DNA from: Lama glama
Lineage: Eukaryota
Length of the DNA: 64,000 bases
NCBI GenBank assembly: GCA_028534125.1
Contig: CM052817.1
Coordinates: forward strand, 72,046,001-72,110,000
Reading direction: 5' to 3'
Part shown: positions 48,650 to 60,880 of the stretch, piece after piece
Layout of the letters: each line of letters opens with the position of its first letter
Numbering within the stretch: the stretch's first letter is position 1
Position numbers and translations under genes: made by a program
Notes under the pieces: generated by a model
The model's database searches: none
What the model saw: the letters and a program-made list of their open reading frames with translations, nothing else
Told to the model about the DNA's origin: nothing

Positions 48650-50689
48650 TCAGATAATTCTTAATTCTAAGAAAATTTTACTTTAAAAAGTCTTTGGATC
48701 AATTAGATAGAACAGGCATCGCCAATTTAAATGTAAAACTACTCCCTAAAGTGCTTTCCTCGTAAATTGTGGTAGAAATTACACTTGGTAGGTGTTCCTT
48801 AGCAAATCATTAATGTCATGCTTTGTTATGGTTCATAGCGGCATTTCCTTGTAATGGATGGTAATTTCACATAAAAGATGTAAACGGAATGAACACATGT
48901 GTGAGTAACTCTCCTAGGTGCAAAACAAAGACTTTTGAACCAAATGTTATGTGTCCATTAAAAAAAAATTAGCTCTATCATCAAGAAGACCTAAAACTTT
49001 TATGGATTTTAGAGAAGCTCATTATTTGGCTGAAAAGGACCCAAATTTCCGTCATCTTATGTCCAATGCTGTGATTCTAAACATCATTGAATCTTTTAGA
49101 AAGCTGGTTTCTTTTTCTTATTCCTGATAAATCACGATTCCTCCCAAACCTGTTTGGGGCATTGGCTCGGGCGCTCCTTACCGGGTGCTTCCAATGGGAT
49201 TCCTCTTCTTGGGCAGCAAGTCAGTTATTACTGTAGGGAGATAACTGCTATTGAAGAAGAGGGAATGTGCTGAAGAGGTAGCGAAACGAAGCAGGGGGTA
49301 AGCAGAGACAGCCCCCAGGTAAAGTCACTGCGTACCTGCATTTTGACTGGATCGAGAATTACAGCCGCGATAATTAGCAGTGCATTTTTGTATTAGGACA
49401 CGCCAGGCCTGCAACTTCATTTCTTTTCTTTCTTTTTCTCTTGCTTTTTTTTTCTTTTCCTTCCCTGAGCCTTTTCCTAAGGAAAAAGCCAGGGGTGGGG
49501 GTGGGGGTGGACTGAAGTGAGAATTAGATTAAAGCTGCCTTGCACTGCCGAATGCTGAGCCTACATGAGCTGCTGGATCAAGGACCAGCCCTGGAAAAGC
49601 TTTCCTACAGTTGCTAAAAGTAAGCACGGCATCAGAATTTTGTCCTTTTCTAGGGCTATCTGCTTTTAGTAAGGGTCACCGATGGTGGTAGGGCCTCACT
49701 GAAAAATCAAAGATAAAGAATAAATAACTGTAAGTCTTAGTGGCTCAAACAAATTATTTTCCGGGTGGCAGACAGAGTACCAAGAGAGAGGCAGTGAGCT
49801 CGAACCTGAGAGTCTTGATTGGTGATCAGTGCCTGCCCTTCTCTGTGTCTGCAAAGCTTCCAACTAAAAACACATGATCGAGTTTGAGTAACACTTCTTG
49901 AGCACACAGAGAGGCACATAGAAAAGACATTCAAGCATCTAGGGATAGAAGAACCACGTAGTTGTCTGGACTGCTGCTCTTGCTGTGGGACTTACCTTGC
50001 ACGACTTCATTACTTTATATATGGAAGAAATATTTTATACAACTCAGTTATTGAATCCTGAGTTTCTTCTCATAAGGGGTATAGAATTTGATATGTCTTT
50101 CATTTACCGCACATTTTTAAAAGTTGGCAAATTCTTGACAGTCAACCTCAAAAAAAGCTTTTTTTCTTCTTTACTGGAATTTCTTTTACTACACTTGTCA
50201 TGCACATGTTTGAACGGTTTTAGTGAAATGCTGCTTGTTCTATTGGTGGCTTCATGTAGTCAAAGCAACTATTATCCTTAAACACAGGAAATTTGAGGAC
50301 AGAAAACAGGAGCATTCCAGCTGAATTTCCATTTGCTGGATGGCAGCTTGTAAGCAAAACGTCTGCGCCTTGCGCGGTTGGCAGCCTCAGCCAACCTGTC
50401 AAGGAAGTCCTTAGGACTAGTTCTCATTTTCTAGCGGGAGTGCTGAAAACTTACAACCTCTCTGGGAATTTCACTTTTCTTCATGAAATTGTAAGGGAAG
50501 CCGTCATATGTCCTTTTAATTATAAGCTAGTTTGAATGTTGAAATTTCTTTCCCAGCACATAAAATTAGAGGAGACTTTAAAAAAATAATCTCAAGTCAC
50601 TCTAAACAATGGTAAGCAATTTTCCTGGAACTTTCTTTAGCTAAAAAAGGCACATAAAAACTGAGGTACTTACCATGGAATGATAATGA

Positions 50690-50867
50690 CATCACTAACA
50701 CAGACAACAATTATCACTTACTTATTGAGCACTCACTGTTTGCTGGGCACAATTCTGCGTACCTTGCATGTACTAAAGTTCTATTTAACTTTCTCTCCAC
50801 AGTCCTATGAGGAAAATAATATTCTCATCCTCAGTCTGAAGCACAGAAAGCTGAAGAAATTGCTAAA
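50690..50867 (-). mobile_element. MIR SINE interrupted by MLT1A
   Basis: ACTTATTGAGCACTCACTGTTTGCTGGGCACAATTCT, CACAGTCCTATGAG and CTGAAGCACAGAAAGCTGAAGAAATTGC. Confidence 0.8.
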
Positions 50868-51200
50868 TTCTTGGTCTCTGTGGGCTGCTATAACAAAATA
50901 CCATAAACTAGGTAGCTTATAAATGACAGAAATTGATTTCTCACAGTACCAGAGGCCAGGAAGTCCAAGATCAAGGCACTGGCAGATTCAACATCTAAAG
51001 AGGACCAGCTTCTTAGTTCATAGAAGATCATCTTCTTGCTGTAACCTCACGTAGCTGAAGGGTAAGGGACTTTGCTGGAATTTTTTACAAGGGCGTTAAT
51101 AAAGCACCTTCCAAAGGTCTCATCTCCTAATACCATTACATTGTGGATGAGGTTTCAAGGTATGCATTTGGGAGGGACACAGATATTTTGTCTGTAGTGG
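50868..51200 (-). mobile_element. MaLR solo LTR (MLT1A/A0-like)
   Basis: GGGCTGCTATAACAAAATACCATAAACTAGGTAGCTTATAAA, GAAGTCCAAGATCAAGGCACTGGCAGATTC, CTCCTAATACCATTACATTG and TTTGGGAGGGACACAGATATT. Confidence 0.92.
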
Positions 51201-51529
51201 CTGGAAGGTGGCAGCACACACAAGCGGCCCAGATCCACATCTTGAAGCATTAGGTAATTCATAGTTATGTATTTCACTCCAAATGATTAATGTCCTTACT
51301 TCTTAAAGTTCCAAAATTCTGAAAGAAACAGTAAAATAGTAAATGCTATGTTTGCAAAACAAAAAGATTCTGATGTACCTCTACAACTTCATGGAGAATA
51401 TTATAATTTATCAAGACTCATCTGGATTCTAAACCAATATTGTCCTTAAAATACTAGTGAATGAGATTATTAACAGCTCATAAATGGGGCATTATGGGTT
51501 CAACATAATAAAAAAACAAAAAATTAAGG

Positions 51530-51985
51530 GAATGCTCATAAATGGAGGAATTCTTGTAAAGTAGTGGCACCCCAATACCATGAAATATTACACAGTCATT
51601 AACCATGAATTGATTTGGAGAAGTTTCCAAAGTCTATTAATTGTAAAAGCAAAATGCACAGAAGCATTTATAATATAATCTCGTTGTGTAAACCTGATGA
51701 TGCCAAATTGTCTTGTATACACATGGTGTATTTGGATGGGTGAGTGGATGCATGCCCCTGTGTGTCAGTATTTATATCAGCACAGGGAAATGCGTGGAAA
51801 GATACGTTGTTCATATTGATCCCCTGGGAACGGTGAGAGGGGTATAAGTTTGTGCCTAGGTGTGTGGGGAGGTGTGATTGGGCAGAATGAGAGAGCTAGA
51901 AGAAAACAAAAAAAAAAAAGAAAGGTAAGAGTATGTACACATAGATAGATGCATAAATAATAATTGTAATAATAATAAAAAAAAC
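51530..51985 (+). mobile_element. Old L1 (L1ME-like) 3' fragment
   Basis: ATACCATGAAATATTACACAGTCATTAA, AAAAGCAAAATGCACAGAAGCATTTATAATATAATC and TGGAAAGATAC. Confidence 0.6.
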
Positions 51986-51994
51986 AGGATCACA

Positions 51995-52200
51995 GGACCA
52001 GCTTTCAAGAGCCATGGGTCCCAATGCCAGTTGACAGTGGCTCCCTGTGGCACTGCAGGTAAGTTATCCTTTCTACAAGTCAGGTTCCTCATCTAAAAAT
52101 GGAGATAACTGTATCTCTTTGACTTATTTTGCAGAGTTAGTATGATGATAAATGATGTGTGTTAGGGTGTTTTGAAAAACCTAAAGGGCCATGTTTGCAT
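51995..52200 (+). mobile_element. MIR SINE
   Basis: CAGGTAAGTTATCCTTTCTACAAGTCAGGTTCCTCATCTAAAAATGGAGATAA core. Confidence 0.65.
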
Positions 52201-52769
52201 AATTATAGCACTGCGTGCTACATATCCATTTTTTATATTGACAGCAGGAACTATAAAGAAAAAAATTAGAGCTTCCATTCAGATATTGTGGTTACCAATT
52301 TTTCTGCCTGGTTTTTTCTTGTGTCGGTTTGTGTTAAAGCTAATACCAGTTCTACTCTTGGAAACACAATACTGCCTTGAGCAGGGCTTGTGCTTGCCAT
52401 CAAATAAGAAGTTATATAAAGTTTTAAACATTCAGATGTGCCCGGAAGAAAACAATCAGTTATCAATATTATCATTATTCTATTTTATATGAAATTGGAG
52501 TTAGAATTTCAAACTGATTATAATAAAATCCACCTCTCTAAACTTAAAAAGTATTTTTTCATATAATAAGGAAGTATGTTTCTTCCACTAAAAAAATGGT
52601 CAAAAGTAAACATTTACCCACTGGGTATCAAAATGATAGGCCATTTTACAAATAAGCCCATGTTTTTGTCACTGGTGTCATCTTTTATCCACAGAAGATG
52701 TAACGTGGTCTGTGTACCTGCATCTCTATCTATGTACATCTTTCCATCACCTACCTGAATTTAGTATAT

Positions 52770-53475
52770 GCTGCAGGAAGTGGGATATGATTCAAGAGAG
52801 AGATAAAAGGTCATAGCTGTGAACTGTGTGTGGGTAACATTTGGTCCAGATTGGATCAGGTCAGGAAAGATCAAGGAGAGATTGCTTTAAGAAGATGAAT
52901 ATGTAATGCTACTGAACACCATGATAATTGACTGAAAGTTTGTATTTTAATTAATCAGAAGTACTGAAAAACTAGGCAAATTAAAAATAAGACAGTCAGG
53001 AACTCCAGGGAAGACAGAATATTATGCAGAAAATGAAAAGAAATTGTGATATGCAAAAGCTTTTGTTGTGGATATAGTTTTCCAAAGTCAACATAAACCC
53101 AGCACAGTTTTCCATCCACTATTATGGTGTAAAATTTTGAGCTGGTGGAGCACAGATATCTGTGGCATGTTAGGTGGGGAAGAGATATTGGTAGTAAAAA
53201 ACAGAGCTAAATCATAAGCCCCCAAGGGTGAAATAAATAGATGAAGCCTAGAGCTGAAAAACCAGAGTACAAAGAGAATATTATTTAGAGATAGGAAGGT
53301 ATTTAACTAAAGAATCAACTGAAAGAGTTGAGCAGAGTTCCCTCTGGGATGCAGAAATTGAAAATGGAGAGCAAGAGGCTGCTGTTGTTGCTCTGTTTTG
53401 TTTTCTTTGTACTATTTGATACTGTGAACTAGGTATATGTATAACTCTGTTAAAAGTAAACATGAAATAATATTA
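52770..53475 (+). mobile_element. Old L1 (L1MC-like) 3' UTR
   Basis: AAAGAATCAACTGAAAGAGTTGAGCAGAGTTCCCTCTGGGA...GGCTGCTGTT...TACTATTTGATACTGTGAACTAGGTATATGTATAACTCTGTTAAAA resembles an L1MC4/5 3' end. Confidence 0.6.
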
Positions 53476-53700
53476 ATTCAAAACATTTTTCACTCTGCAT
53501 GATATAGCAAAGATTTTGCATTTAATTTTCCATGTTCTCTTTGCGATCCATTGATGTCTAAAAATGATCTGTGTCGGTGTATGAGTCTTCAGAGACATTT
53601 ATATCATAGAGAAAGCATTTGGGAAGATACACTCATACATGTACTTATATTGAGGATCTAGGCAAGTAGGAATTCGACTGGACCTGATCTTATTTCTTCA

Positions 53701-53790
53701 TAATCATGGAATTTTAGAGCCAAAAGGGCCCTTAAAAGATATCTCATCTAATTCCTTCTTTTAACAGATAAAGAACATGAAGCTCGGCTT
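53701..53790 (-). mobile_element. MIR3/MIRc fragment
   Basis: AATCATGGAATTTTAGAGCCAAAAGGGCCCTTAAAAGATATCTCATCTAA...TTTTAACAGATAAAGAA. Confidence 0.65.
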
Positions 53791-54833
53791 TAGCAATGCG
53801 GCCAAGAGAGGCATGCTCTTTAACTTACTTCACTTGTGTGAGAACAAATATGTTTTGTTGACAAATAAATATTTAAATAACATAATAGTTTTGAGGCCAA
53901 ATATGCATTAAAATACAGATTGAAATCTGTGTTTATGGTATTGAAAATAGGAAAAACATGTTTTCATTACCTAATGTTTGCAAGTGTTGCCTTTTGCAAT
54001 GAATCCATTTTTAAAATAATTTTTATGGTTGAATCCAAATGATGACATAAGGGAGAAAGTTTCAGGATATGTCCAAGTACAATGTGGGGAATAAATGTGG
54101 GGATGGATAGTCTTAATTCCAAACAAATGAAAGTCAACTTGATAGAATCGTCACAATATTTTTTCTGTTTCGGGAACACCATCTTGATCAGATGCATTTA
54201 ACATATGGAGCTGGTGGAAATCTTCTTGATACAAATTTGAAATATTACTTCTTTCTCTCTAGCTCTCTCTTTGATCTGTTTGTTTCTCTTTAACTTACAT
54301 TTCAATTGTGCTGCCTGTATTTAACTAATTGTCCATTGTAGACATACATTAAAATATGTGTGACAAAGGATAAGTGTCATTTAAAACTGCATAATGTTCA
54401 AAATCAGCACAGTGGCTAGCGGTGTTCAGCAGAGTGATAAAGTGAGTGACTAAATCATAAACATACAAATCTGGTCTTCCAACGTCTGCACATGTTTAGT
54501 CTCTCAATGCTTTCCATTTTGAAGGCATAAAGTATTTAAATGATTCTTTAATTTCCAGTTAAAAAATAGAAACTGAATAGATACCATAACTGCCTGTGAT
54601 GGTGTGACCTCTGTGGAAACATGCCTGTTAACTGCTGTGGGTTGTTGAATCACCATCTCTGCACTATGTTCTCCATCTCTAAGTGTGTGTGTGTCTGTGT
54701 CTGTTTTTTAAATGCCATTGAAATCATACTCTGCTTTTTCTCAGTTGTATCATAAGCATTTTCCAATCATAAATATTCTTTAATAGTGTGATTTTTTTTT
54801 CTATCAAATATTTCAGTGAATGAGTTTCTGGCT

Positions 54834-55205
54834 TGTATCCTTAGGAATTATTTGATTACAAGAAGCAGAAACAGACTCCAGCTGGGTTGGGAAAGGGTGA
54901 TTCGGGGTAGGGATACAGGGCAATCACATGGGAGCTCTGGTCAGAATGCACAGCAGAGTGGAAAGCTGACTCTGTCTCTTTGGCTTCTGCATCCCTCTCT
55001 CTCTCTCTCTGGTTGTAGACTCTGGTTTTGGATTCTGATGGAACCCCTCTCTGATGCTTCCTTTGTGTGCAGACCAAAACCCTCTGCAAGGCTCTTAAAT
55101 ATTTTCTACCTTCTGTGGAGTCTTACTTTTCATGTGATTTGGGCCAGCAGAGATCTCTTGCCTCCACTCTGGGCTAACTTTAAGGCTACAGATCTTACAA
55201 GTTAC

Positions 55206-55244
<39 letters not shown>

Positions 55245-55360
55245 CTTTATATGCTGGAGAATGAATCTGCTTGGAGGTTGGGAGCCATGAACTAGTGTGT
55301 TTTGAAACCATTCCCGGTCACATTTGCTATGGAGTGAGAGGGCATGAGGGTCTAGAGTAT
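54834..55360 (-). mobile_element. Old MaLR LTR (MLT1K-N-like)
   Basis: Starts TGTATCCTTAGGAATTATTTGATTACAAGAAGCAGAAACAGACTCCAGCT (antisense MLT1 3' end); GAATCTGCTTGG near the far end. Confidence 0.55.
55208..55243 (+). repeat. (TG)18 microsatellite
   Basis: Read directly. Confidence 0.97.
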
Positions 55361-56287
55361 TTAGCCCCCTTTCCCCTGAGCTTAGTCCCTCCAGAACAGA
55401 ATCTCTGAGAATGCGTCATAGGCAGGGCAGGCAAACGGACTGGTTTAACTACTCTATAGCCCCAGACATCCTCCTTCTCCAATCTTAACCTTTGAGCAGC
55501 ATCCATCACATTGCCCTCATCTGCCCATTTTTGTTTCAGTAGCTTCCATTCTCTTCCCATTCAGCTTTGTTTTCCAGGAGGAGGTGATATTCGTCCACTA
55601 TGAAAGGAAAGGGGTTTTCCATTTTTTTCTTGTATATATCACTTCAGTGAACTGAATTAAAGTGGAATATTCTAACTTTAGAGGCCATTTTATATGTCCT
55701 TTAATTTTGTGTTTAAGAAAAATTTTAAGATGTTTTCCTGCGTAGTCATATGGCTCTTATCCATCAACTAAGAGCACATTATTTCATTAACTCAACCTTT
55801 TCTTATGCTTAGCATCCCTAGTTTCACTTCTGGCTACAATTCACCCGTAGCTAATTTTAAATTAAGTTTAAAAAAATTTAAGCGCTCCCAGTAAGCACTT
55901 AAAGCAAATGAATGACAATAACAAAGCAAAACAATTTTTGCAGACTTCCTGAGGTCCAACTGAATAATAAATATTTGAGATCTTACGTGCAGATGCAGTT
56001 AGGAGAAGGGACTTTGCAGGGAGGAGGTAAGAACAGACGTGAGGCTGGGGAGAGGAGAGGACTGGGGACAGGAGAGGACTCTGTAGAGGAAGCAAAGAGA
56101 CTAACAGGAGGTAGGTTGTAGTAAAGATACGAGGTAGACAATAATAAAGGGCTGATCAAGTGGACGAAATTGCAGGCTTGGAAGCTGAGGGGGGAAAGCC
56201 AGTGTCGACATAAGGATTGAGGACATTAGAGGGAGAGAGAGTAATAGGTACCTTCGGGAAAAAAGACATAGTGAAGACAAGAGGGAG

Positions 56288-57045
56288 TTCATTCGTTCAG
56301 TCATTCAGTACGTATTTATTGAGTGTGCTAAGTGCTGAAAATAGAGTGGTTAACAAAGCAGATTTAAAGCAGATATACTTCCGCTTGTCACTGAGCATAT
56401 AGTGTAGTGTAGGAGACAGAGGTTATGCAAATGAATTCAAAATCATCAACTGGATTAGGGACACATGGCAAATGCACAGGGTGTTGAAAGGGATATTAGA
56501 AGTGGACAAGGAAGACCTCTCCATGGCAGGAAATGTAAGCTGAAACATGAGGGATAAATAGAAGTGAACTAAACCAGCAGAAGAGAAAAGGGGTGAAAAG
56601 AGTGCCCTAGGAAGAAGGAGCAGCATGTATAAAGGCCCTGGGGAAGGAAAGAATTTGATGTCTCATTAAAAATCCGTCTCCGTTTCCTGTAAAATGAATA
56701 TAAAGTCACTAATCTTATACAGCATACATAAACAGAATGCTGTGAATGAAGGGAGAGAAGGGTATCCGATGAGGGCATGCTCTGAGACAAAACCAGATCA
56801 TACCGGAATTGATAGATCATAGTAAAGACTGGATTTTCTTCCAACAGTAATGATAGGACATTGGTGGGTTTCAAGCAGAGTATAACATAAGGTTTGTGAT
56901 TTGAGCATCTTACTCTGACAGGTAGCAATGTTGAGTATGAAATGGATGGGATAAGAGCAGACACGAAGACACCAATTTTCAGGTTATTGTAATGGTTCGG
57001 TTGAGAATTGATTATGATTTGGGCTAGGGTGGTATCACTGGAGAT
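56288..57045 (-). mobile_element. L2 LINE 3' portion
   Basis: TTCATTCGTTCAGTCATTCAGTACGTATTTATTGAGTG, CAGCATGTATAAAGGCCCTG, GACTGGATTTTCTTCC and GGACATTGGTGGGTTTCAAGCAGAG. Confidence 0.9.
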
Positions 57046-57432
57046 GATATTTAAAAGTGCTGTTTTTCATTAGTCAGGTTTTGAAACCGGTGTTCCTAGC
57101 TTTAGGAAGTCTGTAGCTAAGTTACCATAAAAGTTTTCTTGCCTCCCCTCCAAGGAGCTTTGTGTTATGAAAACAGTGTCATCACGGCCACTTTTAATTT
57201 ATTGGTTTAATTGCTATTGATGGCATACAGAATATCAGTCTATAACAATTTCATCATAATGTACAAATGATCCTTTAGGTTATTCTCTAGAATAACAGTC
57301 ACCTAACCATTCCATTGCTTAGATTTTTGTCCTCCTCAAACTTCCTTAGTTAATGGGAAGAAGAGTCCAATGCTTTAATGTGAAAATGAGAGTATTTCAT
57401 TGCGCTTGAGATTTCCAATATGTAGCATAGAG

Positions 57433-57636
57433 TTGAGGTCTCCAATATGGCAGCCACTAGCTACATGTGACTATATAAATACAAAAAAATTAAAACTGAA
57501 TAAAATTTAAAAATCAGTTCTGTCTCACTAGCAACATTTCAACTACTTAAGAGCCACATGTAGCTAATGGCTATGGGGTGTATAGCACAGGTATAGAACA
57601 TTTCTAGTGTCTAGAAAGTTTTATTAGACAGCTCTG
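57433..57636. mobile_element. MER3-like hAT-Charlie MITE
   Basis: TCCAATATGGCAGCCACTAGCTACATGTGACTAT...GCCACATGTAGCTAATGGCTA...TATAGAACATTTC...GAAAGTTTTATTAGACAGCTCTG, with the internal inverted repeats typical of MER3. Confidence 0.88.
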
Positions 57637-57894
57637 ATCTGGAGACCCTTGACTGACTCCTTATGCATATAAAGCTTCCTATTATATGATTAACTACAGT
57701 GATTGGTCTAGATTCTGGAAGAATTTGTTTTTGTAAGTTTTTGGTATATTCATAATAGTAGTTGTGTATTTTTCATGATAATGGCCATTGTCTTTTTTAA
57801 AAAATAGCTTACATAAGTCACCAGAGTAGTTTAAAAATACAATAGCTCTTAATAGTCAATCAGATTTTTGAAAGCAAAGAAAGCCCTAGAACTA

Positions 57895-58050
57895 GCAATA
57901 ATAATGAAAACAGTGATTAACATTTATTGCTTGGCACTCTTTTAAGTATTTTACATGTATTAACTCATTTAATTCCCAAAACAACTCTACATATAACCCT
58001 AAGAGATAAGATTTTTTATTTTTTCAGATGAGAAAACCAAGGCACAGATC
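57895..58050 (-). mobile_element. MIR SINE
   Basis: TTTACATGTATTAACTCATTTAATTCCCAAAACAACTCT and TTTTCAGATGAGAAAACCAAGGCACAGA. Confidence 0.85.
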
Positions 58051-58107
58051 TTATCTCTCAAGGAGATTTTTACTTGCCAACTCTGAACCTCGAATTTTGG
58101 GGGAAAT

Positions 58108-58181
58108 ATTGCTTAACCTCCCTGAGCCTCAGCTTCCTTCTCTATAAAATGAATATAATGTCACTCATCTTATACAGCATA
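58108..58181 (+). mobile_element. MIR core, interrupted by an MLT1 LTR; resumes at about 58606
   Basis: GCTTAACCTCCCTGAGCCTCAGCTTCCTTCTCTATAAAATG. Confidence 0.8.
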
Positions 58182-58605
58182 CACATCAATCAGCTTTTCT
58201 TAGGGTACGTTACAGTAAGGAAGAATCCTCAAATCTGAATGTCTTACAGTAGAGGTTTACTCCATGTTCTCGTTACATGTTGACTTTTGTATTTTCTCAT
58301 TCTGGAGTCTAAACTATTAGGCCACTCCAACGTGGGTCGTGTTTTCATGGCAGAGGGAAAGAGAGAGAACTGGCAGAAACATACAAGGCTTAATAAAGCG
58401 TCTACTTAGAACTGGCACATGACCACGCTGTTCACGCTGCTGGCCAGAGCAAGTCACGTAGGCAACCTTGATGTCAGTGGGACAGGAGAGTGTACCCCCT
58501 CTTGCAAGAAGACACTTTAAGTCATATGGCAATAGACTAGAGTACATAGTCCTCTTACGGTGAGGAGGGGATCTATGCTTGGGGCCAACATTACAATCAA
58601 CCACA
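58182..58605 (-). mobile_element. MaLR solo LTR (MLT1H/I-like)
   Basis: CATCAATCAGCTTTT start, CATGGCAGAGGGAAAGAG, GAACTGGCACA, TGGCCAGAGCAAGTCACGTAGGCAACC and ACAATCAACCACA end. Confidence 0.85.
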
Positions 58606-60589
58606 ACATGGACTAAATATAATATTATGAAAAGACTTAACTCTGCTTGGCATCTGGTTCACCACAGTGAGTTACGACTTCCTTTTTTCTTTCATTTCAT
58701 GCCTTCAGGTAGATCTTAGATCTTTGAGGTAAAGTGCTGATTATAAAATAAACCACTGATAATTACTCTTTCCTCTTGTCTCAGTGAAAGTTTAGTCATC
58801 GCTTTGCATCCTTAGACATATATAAAAAATATCTGGACTTTCATAAGGAAGGCTTAGAAAAAAGTTCAGATTTCAGATTATTTTTATATTTGTTCTCACT
58901 GACCTGGTGTTATGTACTTAAGAAGTTATCCCATGGAAAATTATATTCTAAGTAGATGGTGACCAAGAGGTAAGGTGGTCAGATACCCATGCAAAGGGGA
59001 GAAATTAACCTAAATGTTTAGGAAAACAATTAAGATTTTTTTATACATTTTTTCTTTTACCAAAAGAAGAGAAGAAAAAAAGAAAGAAAGAAATATTTAG
59101 AATTGGTTAGATGTCATTTCTAAGAATGTATCATGTATTTATGTAGTGGGTATGAAATTATGAAATAATAAAATTGAATAACAAGAAACTATCTGGATGA
59201 GTTTCACGTCCTATAAAAGGGTTTGTTTAAAAATGCTCTCTATCATGGTTGCTTTAAATTAGTTTTGTTGTTCGGGCTTCAAAGAATGGTTTCATATACA
59301 GGGATTCTAGTTTTTATTTTGTATATTCCATGATAATGTGGTTCATATCAGTATAAACATCATGTGGTTCTCAAAGTCAATAGTTAATTTCTTATACTGA
59401 TTTGTAATTTCAGGGAAAAAAACATACATCAAAGTTTATGTATACACAAGGTTTTAGGCCTAAAATATATGCATAGTACTTTGTATGAAAAGACAATTTT
59501 CTACTACTGTTGGTAAGAAAAGAGTTCAATGGAAAAATAGACCTGTTTGAAAAATGAATAAAAATATTTATTCATCTTAAATAAAATAGGTTTTATTAGA
59601 TAAATTCAACTATTTATGTTTGATAATTTTGACTATGTTGATTCTACAAGAGAAACTATATGAAGACTATTAACAGTGATTTGTCAGCCTATAAGTAATA
59701 ACTTCTTTACACTTTGTTTTAATGTATTGTTCGTCTTATTTCAGGAGGACTTTGTATTTCTGAACTTATGGATGGAAGTTATTATTACTGTCATTAAATG
59801 GACTGCTGATATTTTCTTGGTTAAAAAAATATATAGCGGCAAGTTTCTGTAGTGTAGCCTGTTCTTTAAAGGAATAAAGATACTTACGCGTCACTTTCTG
59901 CCAACATGACCTTCTCTATACAGGAGTTCTGTTATATCCCGTTACAGGGTCATCCAAAAGCGAGAAAAGCTCAGCAAATCTGTCTGTAAGAGGATCTATA
60001 GACTTTAGGAATTTTTTAGCACCAGAAAAATTGACACTTCTATTGGTTTCCTTTGGTGAAGACTTTGATGGCAAGAAGTATCTGTAGTCAGAAGGGAATA
60101 AAGAAAATAAACATTTACGGTCAAGAGATTTATTTTCACTGAAAAAAAGCTAAAATAGTTCTGAGGACTGCTTTGCTGCCAGCAAGAAGAAAATGGTCAT
60201 AAGCAGAAAGTAAAGACACTCCCTGAAACTTGACAGTCCTCTGGAAAAAGTTGAAATCTACCTAAGGGTTACTGCCTCATCGATTTCTCTAAGTATTAAA
60301 GGCAGGAGACGCTTGATTTCACGACTGTTGTTTAAAGAAACATTCTTCTTTGCAATGAAATGGAAAATAATAATTTAAAAAACAAATGTTCATGGTTAAA
60401 AAAATAGATGACAAATGCCTCCCCTAGGGGTGTTATTGCTAAATTGAATATTCTAGATTTTAGTTAAGTAGTTGAATAGGAGCAGAGGCAAAAGTAACAT
60501 TTATGAAGTGAAAATAGCTACATGTTTTCTTATTATTAGGTGTTTGTTTGTGTTGAAGAAAACTTCCTCAACGTTTCAATTCTCATACT

Positions 60590-60880
60590 TTGGTAATTCA
60601 GCATTTTTAAAATAATGGGGAATTATAACTGGGATAGCTTTATTACCACCAGGTGTTTGGAGGATGATAAAGTGCCTGGCACATTGTTAGAACTCAATAA
60701 TTATTAGCAATAATTTATTAGTAAATTAGTAATTTATTAGTAAAAAAATTATTTTGTTATCAATTTATTGTGTTACCTTGGGTCAGTTATCTTTTAAACC
60801 CTCATTTTCTTCATCTGGAAACTATAAAGAAGGTCTGGAGTAGATGATCTCTATGTTTCTTTAAGCTGTATAATGAAACA
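60590..60880 (+). mobile_element. Degenerate MIR fragments
   Basis: AGTGCCTGGCACATTGTTAGAACTCAATAA and GTGTTACCTTGGGTCAGTTA...CCTCATTTTCTTCATCTGGAAA...TAGATGATCTCTA. Confidence 0.6.

Noticed and set aside
10423..54912. Isolated G-quadruplex motifs at 10423-10447 (+), 47797-47828 (-) and 54884-54912 (+)
   Set aside because: The patterns are real, but such motifs are common in mammalian DNA and have no supporting context here.
54816..55244. 142-aa ORF
   Set aside because: Lies in an old LTR and ends in the (TG)18 tract; no domain recognised.
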